From the IMG/VR virus record IMGVR_UViG_3300033516_000054, positions 1 to 26,770 of that record: a DNA stretch of 26,770 nucleotides. One strand, 5' to 3'. The stretch comes from a virus. Its lineage: Duplodnaviria > Caudoviricetes. The position numbers and the translations under genes are program-made. Below the pieces are notes generated by a model. It saw only the letters and a program-made list of their open reading frames with translations, had not been told where the DNA came from and searched no databases. This document shows, one piece after another, positions 7,402 to 15,360 of the stretch. Each line of letters begins with the position of its first letter. Position 1 is the stretch's first letter.

Positions 7402-8433
7402 ATGGCAGTAACACGCAACAGTGCAGCTAACTTTCCAGTAAGCGCACCCTTTAACACCGCTACCCCAGCGTCCGGTAACTTCATCCCCTCAGTCTGGTCC
7501 GCCAAGCTGAACGCGAAGTTCTATGCCTCCACAGTGTTCGGCGAAATCGCTAACACCAACTGGCAAGGCGAGATTTCCGGCATGGGCGACAAGGTCATCA
7601 TCAACACTGCACCCACCATCACGGTCACCAACTACACAGTTGGCGGCGGCGGCTTGAACTACCAAGTTCCACAGCCTGACGTGCTGGAGATGAACATCGA
7701 CAAGGCCAAAGCTTTCGCCTTCCAGATCAACGACGTTCTGGACTATCAGGCCAAGCCTAACCTGCTGGACATGTTCTCTGCTGACGCAGCCGAGCAGATG
7801 AAGATCGCCATCGACTCCACCGTACTGTTCAACAGCATCACTTCCGCCACCGGACCTGCCGCTGCTAACATGGGTGCTACCGCTGGTGCCAAGTCTGGTG
7901 CTTACGATCTGGGTACTTCCGGTGCTCCGATCCAGATCAACGCTACCGCAGGTGACGCCTCCAACATCTTGACAAAGATTCTGCAGATGGCCTCCGTGCT
8001 GGACGAGCAAAACGTGCCTGAGTCTGATCGCTTCTTGCTGATCGACCCCGCCACCCGCGCTCTGTTGATGAACACCAACTTGGCCCAAGCCCAATTCATG
8101 GGTGATAGCCAGTCGATGGTTCGCAACGGCAAGATCGGCATGATCGACCGCTTCACTGTGTACGTGACTAACCAGTTGCCTTGGCAAGCTGCTAGCGTGT
8201 CCACATGGACATCCGCTGACGGCACCGAGACTGCTGCTTCCGGCGGTAACGTGGCATTCAAGCGCCGCGCTATCTTGGCTGGTCACAAGTCCGGTATCAC
8301 CTTCGCCAGCCAGATTACCAAGATGGAAACCATCCGTAATCCGTCAGACTTTGGGGACTATGTGAGAAGTTTGAACGTTTATGGGCATCGCGTAGTGAAG
8401 CAAGAGGCTCTGGCTCTGCTGATCGTACGTTAA
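7402..8433 (+). CDS. Major capsid protein (HK97 fold, P22 coat-like family)
   Basis: 343 aa; NFIPSVWSAKL..., GEI..GDKVII, LDEQNVP..DRFL, FGDYVRSLNVYG..V motifs; strong SD; highly biased codons. Confidence 0.92.
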   Translation: MAVTRNSAANFPVSAPFNTATPASGNFIPSVWSAKLNAKFYASTVFGEIANTNWQGEISGMGDKVIINTAPTITVTNYTVGGGGLNYQVPQPDVLEMNIDKAKAFAFQINDVLDYQAKPNLLDMFSADAAEQMKIAIDSTVLFNSITSATGPAAANMGATAGAKSGAYDLGTSGAPIQINATAGDASNILTKILQMASVLDEQNVPESDRFLLIDPATRALLMNTNLAQAQFMGDSQSMVRNGKIGMIDRFTVYVTNQLPWQAASVSTWTSADGTETAASGGNVAFKRRAILAGHKSGITFASQITKMETIRNPSDFGDYVRSLNVYGHRVVKQEALALLIVR

Positions 8434-8440
8434 ACGTAGC

Positions 8441-8456
8441 TGCTAACGTGTAAGCG
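8441..8456. promoter_or_regulatory. 16-bp palindromic motif copy 5 (TGCTAACGTGTAAGCG)
   Basis: One mismatch to consensus; followed after 3 nt by TAGAAT (8460-8465). Confidence 0.7.
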
Positions 8457-8466
8457 CGTTAGAATT

Positions 8467-8493
8467 AAGCCCGGCCTAACCGCCGGGCTTTTT
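8467..8493 (+). terminator. Rho-independent terminator after the major capsid gene
   Basis: AAGCCCGGC-CTAACC-GCCGGGCTT-TTT. Confidence 0.85.
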
Positions 8494-8513
8494 CATTACA
8501 CCTTTATACCAAC

Positions 8514-9176
8514 ATGACCAACGCAAGCGGCGTCTACGTAATCAAAAACGTACAAAACGAAAAGTGCTACGTTGGTAGCGCAGTCAACTTCAGGAAACGC
8601 TGGATTCTGCACAAGTGCACCCTCCGCAAAGGGAACCACCACTCACCACACTTGCAGAACGCTTGGAACAAGTACGGCGAGGACGCTTTCGTTTTTGAGG
8701 TTCTTGAGCTAACCGAACGGGAGCAGGCGGTAAGCGCCGAGCAGCGTTGGATGGACACACTTTCCCCGGATTACAACATGAGCCCTACCGCTGGTAGCGC
8801 CCTTGGTACGAAGCACACGCCGGAATCTAAAGCTAAGATAGCCGCAGCTCACGTCGGTAAAAAACACACGGAAGCAACAAAGTTAAAGGTTTCGCTGGCG
8901 AATAAGGGTCGGAAACATAGCCCGGAGATTTGCGAGAAGAACCGATTGGCGCAGACCGGCCTAAAAAAGCCACCGCTCACCGCCGCCCATAAAGCCCGTA
9001 TGTCCGAGATAGCATCCGCCCGCCGTAGGGGCCCACACTCCGAAGAAACCAAAGCAAAGATGTCCGCAACCCAGAAAGGCCGGGTATTTTCCGAAGAAAC
9101 TAGGCGGAAGATGTCAGAAGCCGCTATTCGACGCCGCGCTGCGAAAGTTACACAGCCTATTGTTGCTAACGCGTAA
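8514..9176 (+). CDS. Free-standing GIY-YIG homing endonuclease with NUMOD3 repeats
   Basis: SGVYVI..YVGSA..RW..H GIY-YIG core; repeated H(S/T)xE(T/S)KxK(M/I)S NUMOD3-type motifs. Confidence 0.93.
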   Translation: MTNASGVYVIKNVQNEKCYVGSAVNFRKRWILHKCTLRKGNHHSPHLQNAWNKYGEDAFVFEVLELTEREQAVSAEQRWMDTLSPDYNMSPTAGSALGTKHTPESKAKIAAAHVGKKHTEATKLKVSLANKGRKHSPEICEKNRLAQTGLKKPPLTAAHKARMSEIASARRRGPHSEETKAKMSATQKGRVFSEETRRKMSEAAIRRRAAKVTQPIVANA

Positions 9177-9179
9177 GCA
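9164..9179. promoter_or_regulatory. 16-bp palindromic motif copy 6 (TGCTAACGCGTAAGCA), contains GIY-YIG stop, within a sigma70-like promoter
   Basis: Identical to copy 4; TTGTTG (9160-9165), 17-nt spacer, TATAAT (9183-9188). Confidence 0.75.
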
Positions 9180-9192
9180 ACATATAATTCAG

Positions 9193-9218
9193 CCAGCCCG
9201 TAAAACGGCTGGGTTTTT
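9193..9218 (+). terminator. Intrinsic terminator-like hairpin
   Basis: CCAGCC(c)GT-AAA-ACGGCTGG followed by GTTTTT. Confidence 0.6.
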
Positions 9219-9230
9219 CACAAGGACCAC

Positions 9231-9854
9231 ATGAAAACGCTAGCTACATTTCTGCCAAGACTCATGCCGCTTGTGCCGGGTTGTCCCGAGCCGCTTGCGA
9301 AACAGGCTTTGCAGGATTCCGCCATTGCGTTTTGCGAAGATTCACTGGTACTGCGTGAGAAGCAGACCTTCCCAACCGTAGCCGCTACAGGCACGTACAC
9401 ACTAACAAGCCCGACCGACCAGCAGCCCGCACGGGTGATGAAGTTGTGGCTTGACGGAACCCTGTTGACCCCAAGCGCGACGGACACAGTCTCCGCCGTA
9501 ACGTCAACCCCATCGACCCCGACTACCTATTACGTGACCCGCGACAGCTCGGTCATGTTGCTGAACCTCTACCCCGTACCTGACGGCGTATTCACCATCG
9601 TTGCGGAAGTAGCCATGCGACCCGTGCGCGCCGCAGCGTCATTGCAGGATGACCTGTTTGACCTGTGGATGGAGCCCCTGATCGAAGGTGCGCTCTCCCG
9701 GCTGATGAGCATGCCCGGGCAGTCGTTCACAGACCAGAGCGGGGCCATGATGCTGCGGTCTTCCGCCCAGTCCAAGTCCCGCAAGGCGCGTAACGAAGGC
9801 GGAGTAGGGCGCGTACAAGCCAGCCGCCGCGTGAACCCTAACCCGATTGCGTAA
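9231..9854 (+). CDS. Putative head-tail adaptor (tail tubular protein A-like)
   Basis: 207 aa after the capsid gene; helical ends flanking a beta core (LNLYPVPD), ..GALSRLMSMP... Confidence 0.65.
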   Translation: MKTLATFLPRLMPLVPGCPEPLAKQALQDSAIAFCEDSLVLREKQTFPTVAATGTYTLTSPTDQQPARVMKLWLDGTLLTPSATDTVSAVTSTPSTPTTYYVTRDSSVMLLNLYPVPDGVFTIVAEVAMRPVRAAASLQDDLFDLWMEPLIEGALSRLMSMPGQSFTDQSGAMMLRSSAQSKSRKARNEGGVGRVQASRRVNPNPIA

Positions 9855-9856
9855 CC

Positions 9857-10564
9857 ATGACTACCGCAGCTAGCACCATCATTCAACGGGCGTCCCAGTC
9901 CTTGCAGGACACAACCGCGACCCGCTGGGATGCCTCAGAACTGGTGCGCTGGCTCAACGACGGGCAGCGCGAGATTGTTATGTTCCGCCCCGATGCAAAC
10001 ACACGCACGGTTACAGGCACGTTAGCTGCCGGAACACGGCAGAACTTGACCACCATCACTGAGACTGCAGCCGTCGGCCCCTACAAGCTTCTGGACATCA
10101 TCCGCAACATGGCGGCTACCAGCACCAAGTACGCAGTGCGCCAGACCAGCCGTGACCTGCTGGACGCCAATACGCCCGGGTGGCATGCAGAGACCCCTGC
10201 GGTGGACATATCGCACTTCACGTTCGACCCCCGCGATAACCAGTCGTTCTACGTCTACCCCCCGGCTACCACCGCTGCGCAGGTCGAGATTCTGTTGAGT
10301 GTTTACCCCACCGATGTGACCGTACCTGCCTCTGGGACCGCGTTCGGAGCCGTGGTTGGCAACATCAGCTTGAGCGACGTGTACGCCAACGCGCTGCTGG
10401 ACTACATCTTGTACCGCGCGTACCTCAAGGACAGTGAGTTCGTAGGCAGCTCACAGCGCGCGCAGCTCCACCTGCAGGTGTTTATGTCTGCCTTGGGCGT
10501 AGAGCGTAGCGGGACCGTCACGGCAGCGCCGACAGCGCCAAACAACGTAGCACCTACCGCATAG
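9857..10564 (+). CDS. Putative second adaptor/neck protein
   Basis: 235 aa; RW..SELVRWLNDG..., FYVYPP, ALLDYILYRAY.KD pattern typical of podovirus adaptor proteins. Confidence 0.65.
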   Translation: MTTAASTIIQRASQSLQDTTATRWDASELVRWLNDGQREIVMFRPDANTRTVTGTLAAGTRQNLTTITETAAVGPYKLLDIIRNMAATSTKYAVRQTSRDLLDANTPGWHAETPAVDISHFTFDPRDNQSFYVYPPATTAAQVEILLSVYPTDVTVPASGTAFGAVVGNISLSDVYANALLDYILYRAYLKDSEFVGSSQRAQLHLQVFMSALGVERSGTVTAAPTAPNNVAPTA

Positions 10565-10578
10565 CACAGGATTAGTAC

Positions 10579-11589
10579 ATGACCCAAGCACTTATCGCCA
10601 ACAACGCCGCCACGACACTGTCCGTGGCGATCACGACCGTAGGGCAGACCAGCGTTACCGTGGTAGACGCCAGCAAGTTCCCGGTGCCCACGGGCGGGGA
10701 TTACTTTTACTGCACCCTGCTCGACGCCGCCAACATCCCTGAGATTGTTAAGGTAACGTCCATAGCAGGAGCCGTGTTCACTGTTGTCCGGGCCCAAGAG
10801 AGCACCGCAGCCCGCACGTTCACCACTGGAGCATCCGTACGACTGGCGATAACCAAAGCCGTGATGGATGAGTTTGCACGGTTGGAGCTGAGTGTTCAGA
10901 AAGCTGGAGACACCTACACGGGTGTTCATAACCTGTCTGGAGCTACATCGGTAAGCCTGCCAGCGGCAACCACAATTGGCGCAGTAAGCACCGCACAAAT
11001 CCAAGCGCTGGCTGGTCCGAGCGCAGCGTCGATAGGCTTCATAGCCGGCCTAACGTCTGCAGTACAGCCACAGATCGACAGCAAAGCACCCATCGCGTCC
11101 CCAACGTTCACTGGCAACCCAACTGCACCAACCCCAGCACAGGGCGACAACGACACCTCGATAGCTACCACCGCTTTCGTGCGGACAGAGTTTTCCCCTA
11201 TCGCATCCCCGACATTCACTGGCACAGTGACCATCCCTGCGGGTGCTGCTATTACTGGATACGCCCCTATCGCAAGTCCCGTGTTTACGGGTAACCCGAC
11301 AGCGCCAACACCAAGCACCGTTGACAGCGATACGAGCATTGCCACGACCGGGTTTGTCCAGACCATCGTAGCTGGGGCAACGGCCTTGGGCATCCCAACG
11401 CCAGTGTGGGTTAGCGGAACAACGTACCTATTCGGTCAGGCCGTGTACAGCCCACTCAACGTGCAGAACTATCGACTGTCGGTAGCAAGCAAAGTAAGCA
11501 CGGTCGATCCTTCTCTCGACTCGCCGGACTGGGTTGCTCTTGGCGCGTCCGTCCCAGCGTTCCTTCTCATGTCCCAAGGAGTAATTTAA
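10579..11589 (+). CDS. Tail fibre protein
   Basis: N-terminal NNA.TTL..EIVKVT..TVVRAQE.T.A anchor-like domain; internal APIASP.FTG.PTAPTP..DTSIATT.FV fibre repeats. Confidence 0.8.
   Translation: MTQALIANNAATTLSVAITTVGQTSVTVVDASKFPVPTGGDYFYCTLLDAANIPEIVKVTSIAGAVFTVVRAQESTAARTFTTGASVRLAITKAVMDEFARLELSVQKAGDTYTGVHNLSGATSVSLPAATTIGAVSTAQIQALAGPSAASIGFIAGLTSAVQPQIDSKAPIASPTFTGNPTAPTPAQGDNDTSIATTAFVRTEFSPIASPTFTGTVTIPAGAAITGYAPIASPVFTGNPTAPTPSTVDSDTSIATTGFVQTIVAGATALGIPTPVWVSGTTYLFGQAVYSPLNVQNYRLSVASKVSTVDPSLDSPDWVALGASVPAFLLMSQGVI
11086..11358 (+). repeat. Intragenic tail-fibre peptide repeats (PIASPxFTG x3; PTAPTP...DTSIATT x2)
   Basis: Seen directly in the translation. Confidence 0.8.
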
Positions 11590-11988
11590 ATGTCAGTAAA
11601 TGCAAACTACGCAGCAACGCCGAAGACGGCGATTGTCGCAATCTCAACAGCTAACACAGCGCGTGACGGCAGCGGAACTATCGGCACAGTAATGACCTCT
11701 GGAGCTTCCGGCTCTCGCGTAGACGCCCTTGATATTCAAGCCACCGGTACAACCACGGCAGGGATGATTCGCTTGTTCGTACACAACGGCACAACGGCAT
11801 TCCTGTTGACAGAAGTTCCTGTTCTGGCGAACACCCCCGCAGCAGCAACACCTGCATGGTCGGCACAGTTGAACAGCAACAACAACGTGAACTTCCCACT
11901 GGTACTGGCAACAGGCTTTAGCTTACGCGCAAGCACCGAGAAGGCTGAGACGTTCAACCTGATCACCACACAAGCAGGAGACTTTTAA
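11590..11988 (+). CDS. Putative virion structural protein (fibre-associated)
   Basis: 132 aa beta-rich protein between the fibre and Gly-rich genes; AGGAG SD. Confidence 0.65.
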   Translation: MSVNANYAATPKTAIVAISTANTARDGSGTIGTVMTSGASGSRVDALDIQATGTTTAGMIRLFVHNGTTAFLLTEVPVLANTPAAATPAWSAQLNSNNNVNFPLVLATGFSLRASTEKAETFNLITTQAGDF

Positions 11989-11990
11989 TC

Positions 11991-13337
11991 ATGAATAAAG
12001 GTACCTACGGCTATCCGTTACCTCCTAACGCTCCTACTCGGGTTGCTCCTTCTACGTGGCTTAATGCCCGTGAGTTTTTAACTCCGGGGGCGTTCTCTTT
12101 CACCGTCCCGCAGAACGTCTACCAGATTTACTTTTTCGCAGGCGGTGGTGGTGGAGGCGGCGGAACTATTGGCACCGGACAGTCGATTGGGTCTCCCGGA
12201 GGCGGGGGTGGGGGCAGTGCGGAGGGCATCATTGACGTTACTCCCGGACAAGTTGTTGCGGGCATAGTTGGCGCGGCGGGCACCGCAGGCGGCGGAGCAG
12301 GTGGGACCACATCTATCGGTTCTTTGGTTTCTTGCACAGGTGGCAGTGGTGGACCCGCCGGTCTAGCAAACCTATCGACACTTAATCCCGGAGGTGCTGG
12401 CGGAACTGCCTCGGCGTCTGCCTCTTTGCGCGGACTAATTACCCGCACGGGAGGAGCAGGCGGTAGTACTAAACAGACCATAAATGGCAATGATGCTGGC
12501 GGCGGCGGCGGCGGGCTTAGTGGAGTCGGCGGCAGTACAGAATCTACGGGCAGTTCCAATAATGCTGGCGGCGGCGGCGGTGGTATGTTTGGCAACGGAG
12601 GGAGTAGCACCGCTGCAGTTGCAACTACGGGGGGTTGTGGTGGTGGTGGCATGTTTGGTAACGGGGGCAGCGTTGCTGGAGCAGGGGCTTCCAGCACTGG
12701 CGGCGGCGGTGGTGGTGGTTTTTACGGCAACGGAGGCAGTAGCGGTGCTGGGGGCCCTACAAGTACAGGTGGGGGAGGCGGAGGGGCTACTAGCAATGGC
12801 GGGCCTGCTATAACAGGAACTCCAACCGCTACTTCCTACACTGGGTCTGGTGGAGGCCCATTCGGCGGCAATGGAGGGACTACGACCGTACCCGCACAAA
12901 GCGGCGGGGGTGGCAACATGCCTCCCGCAGCAACGCAATCTTTACTTTACATCAACCGTGTAACTCCTAACGGCGGGGGTGGAGGTGGGTCATGTACTAG
13001 CATTGGCGCGGGTAGTGGCGGTTTTGGTGGCGGTGGCGGCGGTTCCTCCCCCTCTGTGTCCGCAGGGTCTGGTGGGTACGGTGGCGGTGGCGGTGGCGGC
13101 GGTGCGACAGGCGGGCAACTCGGCGGTAACGGCGGCTTTGGCGGTGGTGGCGGTGCTGGCGGTAGAGGTGGCTTTGGTGGTGGTGGTGGCGGCAGTTGCG
13201 GTTCCGCCACTGTGACTGCGAACAGCGGCGCTGGTGGTGCTGGCGGCGGAGGAGGTGGCGGTAGTTCAGGTGTGGGCGCAGGCCCCTCCGTTGGCGGCGC
13301 GGGCTTCGTAGTCTTTGCATGGACGGAAGGATACTAA
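11991..13337 (+). CDS. Glycine-rich tail adhesin-like protein (polyglycine repeats)
   Basis: 448 aa; F.TPGAFSFTVP..V....GGGGG N-terminus; many Gly runs and GG(M/F)(F/Y)GNGGS repeats; C-terminal G.GFVVFAW. Confidence 0.8.
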   Translation: MNKGTYGYPLPPNAPTRVAPSTWLNAREFLTPGAFSFTVPQNVYQIYFFAGGGGGGGGTIGTGQSIGSPGGGGGGSAEGIIDVTPGQVVAGIVGAAGTAGGGAGGTTSIGSLVSCTGGSGGPAGLANLSTLNPGGAGGTASASASLRGLITRTGGAGGSTKQTINGNDAGGGGGGLSGVGGSTESTGSSNNAGGGGGGMFGNGGSSTAAVATTGGCGGGGMFGNGGSVAGAGASSTGGGGGGGFYGNGGSSGAGGPTSTGGGGGGATSNGGPAITGTPTATSYTGSGGGPFGGNGGTTTVPAQSGGGGNMPPAATQSLLYINRVTPNGGGGGGSCTSIGAGSGGFGGGGGGSSPSVSAGSGGYGGGGGGGGATGGQLGGNGGFGGGGGAGGRGGFGGGGGGSCGSATVTANSGAGGAGGGGGGGSSGVGAGPSVGGAGFVVFAWTEGY

Positions 13338-13339
13338 TC

Positions 13340-13783
13340 ATGAAATACGCTTGGATTGAAAACAACCGCATCCGCGACATTGCCCCAGAGGGCGACCCTG
13401 CGGGGTTCTACCATCCAGATGTCGCGGTTCACTACGACACGCAAGTACCTGACGACGCGGAGAACGGCGATACTTTTATAGGTGGGGTGCTGACAAAGCG
13501 CCCTGTCCCACCTCCAGCACCAGCGCCCGAGCCGGTAGCTGTAAAACCCCCAAAGGTAAGCGTCATCGAATACAAGATGCTGTTCACCAGCGCGGAGCGC
13601 ATCGCTGTTAAAGCCAGCGCAGACCCGATCATTGTTGACTTGCAAGAGTTGATGAACGACCCACGCACTGTGAACGTCGATCTGTCCCTGCAATCTATCT
13701 CTGACGCGCTGGACTACATGACCTCCATCGGCTTGATCGCCGTGGGTCGCAAGGCGGAGATTCTTACTGGCGAAGTGAAGTGA
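13340..13783 (+). CDS. Putative tail-fibre assembly/chaperone-like protein
   Basis: Start reassigned to ATG 13340 (GGAAGG SD); KYAWIEN.. N-terminus, Pro-rich linker, C-terminal ..GRKAEIL; follows the Gly-rich gene. Confidence 0.55.
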   Translation: MKYAWIENNRIRDIAPEGDPAGFYHPDVAVHYDTQVPDDAENGDTFIGGVLTKRPVPPPAPAPEPVAVKPPKVSVIEYKMLFTSAERIAVKASADPIIVDLQELMNDPRTVNVDLSLQSISDALDYMTSIGLIAVGRKAEILTGEVK

Positions 13784-13995
13784 GCCTACTAACCACCCTC
13801 ATCGCCATCGACGTAGCAGTCATGCGCGTTCTGGGTGGCAAGCCCCAAGAAACCCTATCCGCAGCAGCGTGGAACGCGCACATCACAGGGCGGTTCTTCG
13901 GCTGGACGTACCACATCATTGACCTGCTTTTCTATCCGCTTGAGCGCAACCACTGTGAGCTTTCGTGGCTTGCAGTAAGAGAGATTTATGTATGA
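13780..13995 (+). CDS. Hypothetical phage protein
   Basis: 71 aa, GTGA-coupled; LIAID...GG.P.ETLSA..W...ID.LF...HC pattern. Confidence 0.75.
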   Translation: MSLLTTLIAIDVAVMRVLGGKPQETLSAAAWNAHITGRFFGWTYHIIDLLFYPLERNHCELSWLAVREIYV

Positions 13996-14429
13996 ACAAA
14001 ACCTTCGTCCCCGCCATGAGTAGAGCGCTGTTCGACAGCGACCTTGTTATTACCCGCCTGCTGCTGGGCTTCTCAGAGCTACTCTGGGCCATCCTGCTTG
14101 CGTGGCCCGGGCAAACATTTGATCGCCCGACATATCACTACATGAGCCACGTTATGTCTGAAGAAGCATGGGCGTTTACGTTCCTGTTTAGCGGCCTCAC
14201 GCAAATATTCATCGTCGGCACTGAGCGGTTCCACGGCATGTTCGCACGGTACTTTGCTGGCTGGAATGCAGCGCTGTGGGTGTTCACTGTGTCGGCAATG
14301 CTGGCCTCGGTTTACCCGCCCCCCGCAGCCATCTCAGGCGAGATCATCCTTGCCTTTGCTGCGGTATGGATTTGGATACGCCCCCACATCATCCTAATGG
14401 GAATCGAACATGCAAGAGCCAACCGATAG
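13992..14429 (+). CDS. Multi-pass (about 4 TM) membrane protein, hypothetical
   Basis: Start reassigned to ATG 13992 (ATGA overlap); four hydrophobic segments. Confidence 0.7.
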   Translation: MNKTFVPAMSRALFDSDLVITRLLLGFSELLWAILLAWPGQTFDRPTYHYMSHVMSEEAWAFTFLFSGLTQIFIVGTERFHGMFARYFAGWNAALWVFTVSAMLASVYPPPAAISGEIILAFAAVWIWIRPHIILMGIEHARANR

Positions 14430-14736
14430 GCCAAACCGCCGGTGGGCTGACCACGAGCAAGCCACCCCTGACAACATCTGGAAGATTCTGCAAGAGATTC
14501 GTGACGAGCAAATCCGGCAGGCGCAGTCTTATGTGAACGTGTCTGAGGCTTTCATCAAAGACGACTTGAGCAAGCCTGATTTTCATGGTCACCGCAAAGC
14601 GCATCTGGACATGGTGCGCGATGCGAAGGTGGTGGATACATACAAGCAAGACGCCACTAAAAAGATCATCGGCATCGTGGTTGTGTTCATCGTCGGCCTG
14701 TTGGCGGCTGGCTTTCTGGACGCGATAAGGAAATGA
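14410..14736 (+). CDS. Hypothetical protein with C-terminal TM helix (lysis-region membrane protein)
   Basis: 108 aa; IIGIVVVFIVGLLAAGFL segment. Confidence 0.7.
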   Translation: MQEPTDRPNRRWADHEQATPDNIWKILQEIRDEQIRQAQSYVNVSEAFIKDDLSKPDFHGHRKAHLDMVRDAKVVDTYKQDATKKIIGIVVVFIVGLLAAGFLDAIRK

Positions 14737-14927
14737 CACCCTACGAGGCCAACTTCAAACTCTGGTGGGCGCAGCACTACGCGACTCAGAGTTTGTTCAA
14801 TCACAACGTAGAAGTTGGTGAGGCTGTGTTTAAAGAGATTTGGGATATAGCAATTCAGGAGGCTGCTGCGGTAGCCGTAGATGTGAACCCGTTTGTAGCT
14901 GAGAAAGTGAGGACGTTATGCAACTAA
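14733..14927 (+). CDS. Hypothetical protein
   Basis: 64 aa; ATGA-coupled. Confidence 0.6.
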   Translation: MTPYEANFKLWWAQHYATQSLFNHNVEVGEAVFKEIWDIAIQEAAAVAVDVNPFVAEKVRTLCN

Positions 14928-15349
14928 GCGACAACTTCTCCCTTGAGGAAGCAACACACAGCCAAACCGCTTCAAGGCTCGGCATCATCAATCACCCTGC
15001 GCCTGCGGTGTTGGAGAACATGAAAGAAGCCGCCCGTAGGCTAGAGCAGGTTCGCACCATGTTGGACAACCAGCCCATCCTGATTTCGTCTTGGTTCCGC
15101 TCTCCAGATTTAAACGAAGCTGTACGCGGCTCTAAAACGTCTGCACACATGTTCGGCTGGGCCATCGACTTCACCGCCCCCAAGTTCGGCAGCGTCAACC
15201 AGATCATCGACCGTGTTCGCGCCAGTGGCTTGATGTACGACCAAATCATTAACGAATTTAATGGCTCATGGTGCCATATCAGCTTTGAGCCACGGGGCAG
15301 AAAACAGGCGCTCATCATCGACAAAGACGGCACTCGGGCGTACGCCTAA
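14918..15349 (+). CDS. Endolysin, peptidase M15 (D-Ala-D-Ala carboxypeptidase-like) family
   Basis: ISSWFRS..LN.AV.G..TSAH..G.AID and WCHIS Zn-binding motifs; GAGG SD. Confidence 0.9.
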   Translation: MQLSDNFSLEEATHSQTASRLGIINHPAPAVLENMKEAARRLEQVRTMLDNQPILISSWFRSPDLNEAVRGSKTSAHMFGWAIDFTAPKFGSVNQIIDRVRASGLMYDQIINEFNGSWCHISFEPRGRKQALIIDKDGTRAYA

Positions 15350-15360
15350 CAGGAGGATAT

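Noticed and set aside
8420-8520. Programmed frameshift or readthrough extension of the major capsid protein
   Set aside because: No slippery heptamer near the TAA, an in-frame TAG follows two codons later, and a terminator lies just downstream.
5324-9230. Group I introns or inteins hosting the HNH and GIY-YIG ORFs
   Set aside because: Flanking genes appear complete with their own starts and stops, and the gaps are too short for an intron core. Both endonucleases are free-standing.
12140-13300. GGN trinucleotide runs as microsatellite or contingency loci, or a DGR variable region
   Set aside because: Third positions vary as expected for encoded polyglycine. No adenine-specific template/variable repeat pair or reverse transcriptase is seen.
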